DNA of 41,596 bases from a virus (taxonomy: Duplodnaviria; Caudoviricetes): positions 1 through 41,596 of the IMG/VR virus record IMGVR_UViG_3300010362_000045. One strand, given 5' to 3'. The number at the start of each line of letters is the position of its first letter. Position 1 is the first letter of the stretch. Below are positions 8,345 to 15,236 of the stretch, piece by piece. The notes under the pieces are model-generated. The model saw only the letters and a program-made list of their open reading frames with translations. It was not told where the DNA came from and did no database searches. The position numbers and the translations under genes are program-made.

Positions 8345-8659
8345 ATGAGTCGCGGTCGGCTGGCGCTGGTCAGGACCGTCACCGAGGACGAGTGGCGGAG
8401 CCAGGTCCTGCGGTGGGCCGAACGCGACGGATGGCTGCACTACTTCACGTGGACGTCGCTGCATTCGCCGTCTGGCTTCCCGGATCTGGTGCTGGCGCGC
8501 GAGCCGCGGGTGATCATCGCGGAGCTGAAGACTGAGGTGGGGAAACTGACGCCGCGCCAGGAGCGATGGGGTGGGGTGCTCGTGCAGTGCCCGGGGGTGG
8601 AGTACTACGTGTGGCGGCCCCACGATGAAGATGAGGTGAGGCGGGTGCTGGCGCTGTGA
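8345..8659 (+). CDS. VRR-NUC family nuclease (putative Holliday junction resolvase)
   Basis: SGFPDLVL...IIAELKTEVGKLTPRQERW is a PD-(D/E)xK pattern. Confidence 0.85.
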   Translation: MSRGRLALVRTVTEDEWRSQVLRWAERDGWLHYFTWTSLHSPSGFPDLVLAREPRVIIAELKTEVGKLTPRQERWGGVLVQCPGVEYYVWRPHDEDEVRRVLAL

Positions 8660-8883
8660 CCGAACGCGAGCGGCAGCATCGGCTGCGGATCGAGAATCGG
8701 CTGGCCGAGCTCGCGGCCAAGCACGGGCGGCTGCCGGAGCCGGAGCCGTGGGACGAGACGTACCCGTGGGCGCAGTTGATCTCGCCACTGGTGCCCGAAC
8801 CCGCGCCAAACCGTGGTAAACCACGGCAAACCGCGGCACGGCCACCCGCGAAGCGCGCGGGATCGATCTGGGAGCGGGCGTAG
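8656..8883 (+). CDS. Hypothetical protein
   Basis: Translationally coupled at both ends; 75 aa. Confidence 0.5.
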   Translation: MTERERQHRLRIENRLAELAAKHGRLPEPEPWDETYPWAQLISPLVPEPAPNRGKPRQTAARPPAKRAGSIWERA

Positions 8884-10196
8884 TGGCTGGCGCCAACGGG
8901 TACGTCCGCGGCGAGCGTGGGGAATTGAGGAAGCTGCGGCAGGCGGGGGAGATCGAGCTGTGGTTCGCGGCCTCGAACATTCGGATGGAACGGACGGGGC
9001 TGCACGCGCGCGTGGGGATCGTGGTCAACGGGGTGGAGCTGGCGTCGGACAACTTCAACGTCGAACGGAATCGTGAACGGACGGCGCTCTCGAACTCGGC
9101 GTACGCGCAACTGGTTGGTGGGCGGCGGCAGCCGGAGCGGGCGGACTATCCGCAAACGTACATGCAGGATGACGTGGACCGCTTCTGTGGCGGATTGCGG
9201 GACGCGTATCTGGACGGGCTGATGCCGCAACTGGTGAACGGGAGCGCAACTCGGCAGGCGCCGAGCTTCGTGCTGGAGCCGTTCATCCTGGTAGACGGGG
9301 GAACGATCATCTTCGCGCCGCCGGGGTTTGGCAAGAGCACGGTGCTGCAGACGATCGGCGTGTGCGTCGACGCGGGCTGCGGTCGGTTGTGGCCGGTGCG
9401 ACAGACGAAGGTGCTGCTGGTGAATCTGGAGCGGTCGGCGCGTAGTGTGGAGCAACGCCTGGGCAACATCAACGCGGCGCTGGGGTTGGCGCGGGAGCGG
9501 CCCCTGGCGGTGCTGAACGCGCGGGGGAAGACGCTCGCCGAGGTGGCGCCGGCGGTGCAGAAGCACGTGGATCGGCATCAGATCGGCTGCATCCTGGTGG
9601 ACTCGCTGTCGCGGGCGGGGTCGGGCAGCCTGAAAGAGGATGACGTTGTCAACGGATATTGCAACATTCTGAACGGTTTTGGCCCGGCGTGGTGCGCGCT
9701 TGCTCACTCACCACGAGGAGACGAGACGCACGCGTTCGGGAGCCAGATGTTCGACGCGGCGGCGGACCTGATGGTGCGGCTGATGAGCGAGGAGAAGCTG
9801 AGTGGACCGCTGGGCATAGCGCTGGACATCGTGAAGCGCAATGACGTGGGGAAGCAGCCGATGTGGGTGGGCGCGTTCGAGTTTGACAAAGCCGGGCTGC
9901 TCTCGATTCGGAAAGCGCGGGATGGGGAATTTCGTGATGTTGAAGGGAAAGAGAAGCTGAGCATGGAAGACGCGGTGGCGAGGTATCTGGAGCGGAACGG
10001 GGCTGCTTCGGCGACGGAGGTCGCGGAAGACCTGGGATACAATCGGGCGAACGTTTCGGACATGTTCAGGCGGAATGGAAGATTCATCGAAGTCCGCAAA
10101 GATGGCCGACGTGTTGCCTACGGCGTAAAGTTGGGCAACACATCCGGAGGGCAACACATCAGGCAACACATGGAGCGTGAGGAGCTGCCCTTTTGA
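8883..10196 (+). CDS. RecA-fold AAA ATPase / RepA-type replicative helicase with C-terminal winged HTH
   Basis: Walker A APPGFGKST, Walker B ILVDSL, NLERS, and a LAHS...GS motif. C-terminal SATEVAEDLGYNRANVSDMF HTH. Confidence 0.8.
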   Translation: MAGANGYVRGERGELRKLRQAGEIELWFAASNIRMERTGLHARVGIVVNGVELASDNFNVERNRERTALSNSAYAQLVGGRRQPERADYPQTYMQDDVDRFCGGLRDAYLDGLMPQLVNGSATRQAPSFVLEPFILVDGGTIIFAPPGFGKSTVLQTIGVCVDAGCGRLWPVRQTKVLLVNLERSARSVEQRLGNINAALGLARERPLAVLNARGKTLAEVAPAVQKHVDRHQIGCILVDSLSRAGSGSLKEDDVVNGYCNILNGFGPAWCALAHSPRGDETHAFGSQMFDAAADLMVRLMSEEKLSGPLGIALDIVKRNDVGKQPMWVGAFEFDKAGLLSIRKARDGEFRDVEGKEKLSMEDAVARYLERNGAASATEVAEDLGYNRANVSDMFRRNGRFIEVRKDGRRVAYGVKLGNTSGGQHIRQHMEREELPF

Positions 10197-10381
10197 ACTC
10201 GAACGGACGTGTTGCCCAAAATTCCGGACGTGTTGCCCAAAATTATTTCCTCGCGCGCGCGCGCGTGTATATATCTCTATGTAAGGCAACACATGAAAAG
10301 TGGTTGCCTTTTACAGGAGAAAACCGGGCCATCGTGTGTACGGGTGTTGCCCGCCAGAATCTGGCGGGGCGGGCAACACAT
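10111..10381. repeat. Iteron-like GGCAACAC cluster, putative replication origin
   Basis: GGCAACACAT at 10134, 10150, 10162, 10285 and 10372; reverse GTGTTGCC at 10111, 10209, 10230 and 10344. Also a 20-bp direct repeat (10204-10223/10225-10244) and a (CG)7 tract followed by an AT-rich segment. Confidence 0.7.
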
Positions 10382-10398
10382 CCTGGTCTGAGCCGGCC

Positions 10399-10662
10399 AT
10401 GACCATACGCACAACGTCCGAGTGTCCGAATCATCCGGGCCGAGCCGCCCGGGCGCGCGGTCTCTGCGCCAGCTGTTACCAGCGCCGCTGGCGTCATAGC
10501 CATCGACCTCCGAGGTATCTGCTGGCCGAACGATTGGCCCAAGACGAGCGCGAGCAACACGAGGCCGCAGTGGGCGCGATCGTGGCCGAATTACTGGAGC
10601 TGCGCGTGCGCATCGACCACCTCATTGCCCGGGTCGAACAGACCGGTGACGGGACGCTCTGA
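10399..10662 (+). CDS. Hypothetical protein with Zn-finger-like CxxH...ARGLCxxCY motif
   Basis: ATG at 10399, TGATG coupling to the next gene, coiled-coil-like C-terminus. Confidence 0.6.
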   Translation: MTIRTTSECPNHPGRAARARGLCASCYQRRWRHSHRPPRYLLAERLAQDEREQHEAAVGAIVAELLELRVRIDHLIARVEQTGDGTL

Positions 10663-10877
10663 TGCCGATCCTCGAGCACATCATCGAAGACCTGAACGAC
10701 TACGGCCGCGCCCGTCTCGAAGATGACTACGCGCAGCGCGACCGGTTCACCATTGCCCGCGGCCGACGGTGCGACCACCGCGACTTCGCGACGGGATGGC
10801 TGTCGCTGGCGGTCCGTCACAAGCTGTGGTCCTACTTCACGAAGGAAGCCCGCGCGCGCCTGGAATCGTCGGAGTGA
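10662..10877 (+). CDS. Hypothetical protein
   Basis: Coupled between its neighbours; 71 aa. Confidence 0.55.
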   Translation: MPILEHIIEDLNDYGRARLEDDYAQRDRFTIARGRRCDHRDFATGWLSLAVRHKLWSYFTKEARARLESSE

Positions 10878-12302
10878 ATGCGCGCGATCAGTCTCTTTTC
10901 CGGCGCGGGCGGCTTCGAGCTCGGCTTTCAGCGGGCCGGCATCGAGACCATCCTCCAGGCCGAGAACGATCCGGTCTGCCTGAGCGTGCTCGCGCGCCAC
11001 TGGCCCGACACGGACCGCGTGCATGACGTTCGCGAAGTGGACGCGGCCTCACTTCGAAGACGACGCGGAAACCTGGACGGAGTCGGACGAGGCACCGACA
11101 CTGAACGGGTTCGAGATGCGCACGGGCGGGGACTCGACGCCAACCCTGTTGACCTTGTCTACGGCGGATTCCCCTGCCAGGACGTCTCCGTGGCCGGCAA
11201 CCGGGCCGGTCTTTCCGGCTCACGCAGCAGTCTCTGGTTTGAGTTCGAGCGGGTCCTGTCCCAGCTGCGGCCACGCTGGGTGGTCGTTGAGAATGTTCCC
11301 GGACTGTTTTCCAGCAACGGTGGACGGGACTTTGCCCGAGTTCTCATGGGCCTGGGCGAACTCGGGTATGGGTGGGCGTACCGAGTTCTGGACGCGCGCT
11401 GGTTCGGCGTGCCCCAGCGGCGCCGTCGCATCTTCATTGTCGGCTATCTTGGAGACGCGACCCGTGCCGCGCAGGTACTGGCTGTCTGCGAGAGCTGCGG
11501 GGGGCATCCTGCGCAGAGCCCAGCTGCGGGGGAAGGAGTTGCCTACGCGCTTGCGGCAAGCGCTCGAGGCACTGGCGACGGGCACGGCAACGCGTGGAAC
11601 TCCACCTACGTGACCAGTCACCTCCAGCCAGCCGATCCGGATGGGGTGGCCCGACCGCTGGTCGCGCGCGCGACCGGCTATCGCATGGACCTGGAGTCCG
11701 AGAACTTCCTGCTCGCGAGCACGCTCAACGGTGGCGAGGTGGACGATCAGGCACCACCCCTGGTCGGTGGCGACGGGCCGCATGGTCGCTCGACCTTCAA
11801 CGGCATGGACGTGGTCGTGGCCAACAGCCTGCGCGCCGCCGACGGGCACCACGGCCACTCGTCCGGCTGCGGCGACGGTGCCGACAACCTCGTGGTAGCC
11901 GACCCCATCAGCGCGCACGAGGGCAAGACCTATACCCACGAGGGCAGCGGTAACTTCCGCACGCACAACCTCGTGCAGGCCTTCGATTGGCAGGCCTCGG
12001 CCGGCAACGATCACTCGTGGCGGGGCTCAGGCCGGCAGCACGTGGTCCGATCCGGCGACTACGCCGGGGCCACCAGCGCTACGCGCGTGGACGCGATCAA
12101 CTACTCGGCCGGGGTGCGCCGCCTGACGCCCCTCGAGTGCGAACGCTTGATGGGCTGGCCCGACGGCCACACCCGCACCGGCCACGACGGCAAACTGATC
12201 GCGGACTCACACCGCTACAAGCTCTGCGGTAACGGCGTGGTCGCGCCAGTGGCCGAATGGATCGGCCACCGGCTCGTGTTCGTCGATCAGGCGCTCTGCT
12301 GA
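10878..12302 (+). CDS. DNA (cytosine-5)-methyltransferase
   Basis: Motifs I (SLFSGAGG), IV (GGFPCQD), VI (ENVPG), VIII (PQRRRRIF), IX (RRLTPLECERLMGWPD) and X (GNGV). Confidence 0.95.
   Translation: MRAISLFSGAGGFELGFQRAGIETILQAENDPVCLSVLARHWPDTDRVHDVREVDAASLRRRRGNLDGVGRGTDTERVRDAHGRGLDANPVDLVYGGFPCQDVSVAGNRAGLSGSRSSLWFEFERVLSQLRPRWVVVENVPGLFSSNGGRDFARVLMGLGELGYGWAYRVLDARWFGVPQRRRRIFIVGYLGDATRAAQVLAVCESCGGHPAQSPAAGEGVAYALAASARGTGDGHGNAWNSTYVTSHLQPADPDGVARPLVARATGYRMDLESENFLLASTLNGGEVDDQAPPLVGGDGPHGRSTFNGMDVVVANSLRAADGHHGHSSGCGDGADNLVVADPISAHEGKTYTHEGSGNFRTHNLVQAFDWQASAGNDHSWRGSGRQHVVRSGDYAGATSATRVDAINYSAGVRRLTPLECERLMGWPDGHTRTGHDGKLIADSHRYKLCGNGVVAPVAEWIGHRLVFVDQALC
11023..11613 (+). CDS. Nested alternative-frame polypeptide, resembling the beta chain of heterodimeric C5 methyltransferases
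   Basis: 196-aa ORF in the +1 frame, entirely inside the methyltransferase gene. Its C-terminal part reads SSLSAILETRPVPRRYWLSARAAGGILRRAQLRGKELPTRLRQALEALA. Confidence 0.7.
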   Translation: MTFAKWTRPHFEDDAETWTESDEAPTLNGFEMRTGGDSTPTLLTLSTADSPARTSPWPATGPVFPAHAAVSGLSSSGSCPSCGHAGWSLRMFPDCFPATVDGTLPEFSWAWANSGMGGRTEFWTRAGSACPSGAVASSLSAILETRPVPRRYWLSARAAGGILRRAQLRGKELPTRLRQALEALATGTATRGTPPT

Positions 12303-12493
12303 GCCGTCGCGCCGGCAGCAGACCGTCGCTCCACTTCGATCCACTTCAAGGCGAGCCCAAGGTATGGCGGGATCGACGCCAGCCCCGCTTCCCACCGGAT
12401 GATCGTCCCCCGGTATACGTCCAGGATCTGCCCCAATTCTTCCTGCGTCAGATGCTGAGCCTTGCGCCACTGCCGGAGTTCGGCCGGGGTCAT
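12287..12493 (-). CDS. Small XRE/Cro-like HTH protein
   Basis: MTPAELRQWRKAQHLTQEELGQILDVYRGTIIRWEAG. Confidence 0.85.
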   Translation of the reverse strand: MTPAELRQWRKAQHLTQEELGQILDVYRGTIIRWEAGLASIPPYLGLALKWIEVERRSAAGATAQQSA

Positions 12494-12753
12494 GCCCCGG
12501 CCTGCACTTTCACCGGTCGGCCGACCGGCTCGTAGTCGCGGTATCCCTGGCCCGGCACCATGAGCCGGGCCTGCGTGTCATCGCGGATCACGTCATCGCT
12601 CAGCCATTCGTCCACGTCTGATCGCGCATACTGCGCGCGATGTGCTCGCCACGCGGCCATCACCCCGTCCCTGGCCTGAGACTCGCTCAGGCCGACGGCA
12701 GAAAACGTGGAGCGTGCTGTCTCTACCCACGCGTACCAGATAGCCTGCGCCAT
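12490..12753 (-). CDS. Hypothetical protein (MAQAIWYAWVET...)
   Basis: TGATG coupling upstream, ATGA coupling downstream, GAGGAG RBS. Confidence 0.65.
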   Translation of the reverse strand: MAQAIWYAWVETARSTFSAVGLSESQARDGVMAAWRAHRAQYARSDVDEWLSDDVIRDDTQARLMVPGQGYRDYEPVGRPVKVQAGA

Positions 12754-13124
12754 CACTCCTCGCCTTTCCATGCATCGGTCAACTCGTTCAAGAGCTTGAT
12801 CGCGTCGGTTTGCAGCGCGTCGAAGTCTTCCGGCTCGTCATCAAAGAAGTCGAACAGCGCCAGCCTCGCAACCAGCCGCAGCAACTCCGGCGCGCGCACC
12901 AGCAACTCCGCGTTGACCACGTCTTGCCGTTCGGCTTCGTCTTCGTGCCGGACCAGTGTCGCTATGGTGCGCATGTTTGGAGCCATGATCGCCAGATCAC
13001 CGCCGGACCATGGCTCCCCGTAGGACACTTCCCACGTACCCGGCGTCAACTCGCGCAGTGCCGCTTCGATATCCCGGGCGTCGTATTCGATCCCATCGAT
13101 CACGTTCGGTCGCTCGTCAGTCAT
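12753..13124 (-). CDS. Hypothetical phage protein with TPGxW...NAxLxxxAPELL motif (Ead/Ea22-like)
   Basis: ATG at 13124 with a GAGGAG RBS; LTPGTWEV...NAELLVRAPELL. Confidence 0.65.
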   Translation of the reverse strand: MTDERPNVIDGIEYDARDIEAALRELTPGTWEVSYGEPWSGGDLAIMAPNMRTIATLVRHEDEAERQDVVNAELLVRAPELLRLVARLALFDFFDDEPEDFDALQTDAIKLLNELTDAWKGEE

Positions 13125-13161
13125 GGTCTCTCTCCTCATGGTGTGAACGCTTACCACCGGC

Positions 13162-13869
13162 TCAGTGCCGGTGGTAGCTAATCGGCGTGTCACGGTCGAG
13201 CCAGCACGCGCGGCAGTCGCCGCACGCGTTGCCCTGCAACGGCGCCGGGCAGTTGAAGCCGGCATCCGTCGCCGTCGAGCCCGCGTGCAGGCCCGGCACG
13301 CGCGGCGCTGGCGCATTGAAAAACAGCGCTGACGGTCGGACCGTCACGTTCGCCAGCCCGGCAAGCTCGCACAATGCGAGCGCCCACCGGTCGCGCGATT
13401 CGGCCGGCAGCCTCATGTTCAAGAGCGGCCGCCACGACCGCGTCGGGAACCAGAATCTCACTTCCGGCAGCGCTCGACAGATCCGCACCCACGCGCGCAC
13501 GTAGTCCGGCGAGAACAGATCCCCCGAGTCATGCACGCGGAAATACTCGTTCCGCGTGCTTCGAATCGTCGCCACCATGAGCCCCACGAACGCATCCGTC
13601 CCGGCCTCAGTCTTGAGACTCTCGCGCGTCCAGTCGAACCGCGCGCGCTGTGCTCGCTTGACGGCCGGGTACTGCGTGTACGAGCCCTTGTTGGCGTAGC
13701 AGTCGCCACAGATGGCGCCCTCACCGTCCGTGACCTTCCACGGACAGGCCTCCAGCGCCGGCAGACTCCACGAATTGCAGGGCATCTTCCTAGCCTCAGT
13801 CAAAAGTAGAACGCTCGTTCCAGGAACAAATACCCGCGGCGGGTAATGTCGTACAGTCTGTGTAGCCAT
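13162..13869 (-). CDS. Gp88-like Cys-rich (Fe-S/radical-SAM-like) protein
   Basis: KMPCNSWSLPA..ACP...CGDCYA, YFRVHDSGD, FWFPTR and a C-terminal CPA...CGDCRACW. This pattern is typical of the phage GP88 family. Confidence 0.8.
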   Translation of the reverse strand: MATQTVRHYPPRVFVPGTSVLLLTEARKMPCNSWSLPALEACPWKVTDGEGAICGDCYANKGSYTQYPAVKRAQRARFDWTRESLKTEAGTDAFVGLMVATIRSTRNEYFRVHDSGDLFSPDYVRAWVRICRALPEVRFWFPTRSWRPLLNMRLPAESRDRWALALCELAGLANVTVRPSALFFNAPAPRVPGLHAGSTATDAGFNCPAPLQGNACGDCRACWLDRDTPISYHRH

Positions 13870-13934
13870 TCGAATCGCTCCTATCGGTTCGTTTGGTCAG
13901 GCCCGGCATGGTGCTCGTAACACCACGCCGGGCC
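13870..13934 (-). promoter_or_regulatory. Strong hairpin plus RBS-enclosing stem in the gp88 leader
   Basis: GGCCCGGCGUGGUG-UUACGAG-CACCAUGCCGGGCC forms a 14-bp stem, followed by CGAA...AGGAG...UUCG-A-AUG. Confidence 0.5.
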
Positions 13935-13949
13935 GCTTGCGTATGGTCG

Positions 13950-14354
13950 CTAGTCGGCGGTCAGCATGTCCCGCAGAATCGCGCGCGCATCCTCTAGCGT
14001 CAGTCGATCCTGACCTTCCGCGTCCGAGTCTTCGTCCGTGACAGTCGCGTTCCCATCGTTCCACGCTAGCCACGCGATGATCGACTCGCGATCACCAAGG
14101 TCCACGCGTGGCTCACCTCGCGGATGCCACGCGTACCGCGGCCCTTGAAACCCCATTGCCAGAATCGCCACTTCGTCATCGCTCAGATCCGGGTTAGCCT
14201 CAAGCGCTTCGACTTCCGAATTCTCAATGCTGAGCGTGTCATCCACCGCGTGCGTCGTCTCTTCAAAGTGCCGCAGCGCGTTCCGTTCAAACTCTGTCTC
14301 GAACGAGCACGCCTCGTGAAACCCGTACCCATCCCCTGAACACTTGAACCGCAT
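13950..14354 (-). CDS. Hypothetical acidic protein (RESIIAWLAWNDGNATVTDEDS)
   Basis: GAGGTG RBS 6 nt before ATG 14354; first gene of the leftward operon. Confidence 0.65.
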   Translation of the reverse strand: MRFKCSGDGYGFHEACSFETEFERNALRHFEETTHAVDDTLSIENSEVEALEANPDLSDDEVAILAMGFQGPRYAWHPRGEPRVDLGDRESIIAWLAWNDGNATVTDEDSDAEGQDRLTLEDARAILRDMLTAD

Positions 14355-14382
14355 CCACATCACCTCTCTCGTGATACCCCAG

Positions 14383-14412
14383 AATGTAGCAAGCCGCCAC
14401 AAAACAGCACAA
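14383..14412 (-). promoter_or_regulatory. Putative sigma70-type promoter for the leftward operon
   Basis: Minus strand TTGTGC-N18-TACATT with an extended -10 (TGcTACATT). Confidence 0.4.
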
Positions 14413-14474
14413 GATGCCGGCGCAACAGCTCTTTCACAGTCCTGGACCAATCCTGTAACAATCCATGCACAAGA

Positions 14475-14926
14475 TGCCCCACGCCCTCGCTCTGCCCTTG
14501 CCTCCTCACGGAAAGCTCAATCGCCGGCGCAGGAGACAGGTTCAGCACGCGTTTCTTGAGAACTTCGCGCAGTTCGGCATCATGGCGCACGCGTGCAGAG
14601 AGGTAGGTATCGGTTCACGCCAGACCGTTTACCAGTGGCTGGAGTCGGATCCCGTGTTCGCAGCTGCTTACGCTGAGGCAGAGGCCAAAGCGCTGGCCGT
14701 GTTGGAACGCGAGGCACATCGGCGCGCGGTCGAAGGCTCGCCGTACACGCGCACGTCCTACTGGCATGGGGAACCGGTCGGGACCGATTACAAGGTGGAG
14801 TACTCGGACGCGCTGCTGACCACGCTCCTGCGCGCCAGAGCGCCAGAGAAGTATCGCGAGCAGTCGGCCGTCACCGTCGCTCAGATTGTGAAGGTCGTGG
14901 GCGTGGAGCCGTCGGATGTGCTCTGA
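14475..14926 (+). CDS. terS: Terminase small subunit
   Basis: AFLENFAQFGIMAHACREVGIGSRQTVYQW...LEREAHRRAVEG...YSDALLTTLLRARAPEKYRE, upstream of TerL. The exact start is uncertain. Confidence 0.85.
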
Positions 14927-14946
14927 GGTAGCAGTCAAGGTAGCAA
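14926..14946 (+). repeat. Third tandem pair of the attP-associated AGGTAGCA repeat
   Basis: AGGTAGCAGTCAAGGTAGCAA versus AGGTAGCAGT-AAGGTAGCAA at 1973-1992, differing by one inserted base. Confidence 0.7.
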
Positions 14947-15154
14947 TGGCGAACGGCCGTGCTGGTTCTGAGAACGATTCGATCGCTCTGGCGCTTACTC
15001 GGGTAGTAACCGCCAGCCCACAAGCTCGAGGGCGCTTGGAAGGAACGCGCGCGCGAGGGGCGGGGGATGGAGGGGACAGGCCCCGCCGCGGGCGAGCTCG
15101 CGAAATAGCTAAAGCTCGGAATCGAAAAATCCGGGATTGTGCGATTTCGATTTT

Positions 15155-15232
15155 GTGAAAGGGACGCTGGTGGTAGTGGTGGGGTGGCTGGTGTGGGCGG
15201 GGTGGACGATCTGGGAGCGAGTACGGGGGTAG
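15155..15232 (+). CDS. Possible 25-aa membrane peptide (MKGTLVVVVGWLVWAGWTIWERVRG)
   Basis: Hydrophobic mini-ORF ending 4 nt before terL. It has no clear RBS and may be an artefact of G/T-rich composition. Confidence 0.25.
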   Translation: MKGTLVVVVGWLVWAGWTIWERVRG

Positions 15233-15236
15233 GGGA

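Noticed and set aside
10188-10196. CCC TTT TGA at the helicase end as another frameshift site
   Set aside because: It is not an in-phase X XXY YYZ heptamer, and the alternative frames run only into iteron repeats giving short low-complexity peptides.
10111-10381. Repeat cluster as a CRISPR mini-array
   Set aside because: The repeats are 8-20 bp, in mixed orientation and irregularly spaced, with no unique spacers and no cas genes.
10193-10402. ORFs 10193..10402 and 10209..10391
   Set aside because: They overlie the iteron and AT-rich region, and their peptide repeats simply mirror the DNA repeats.
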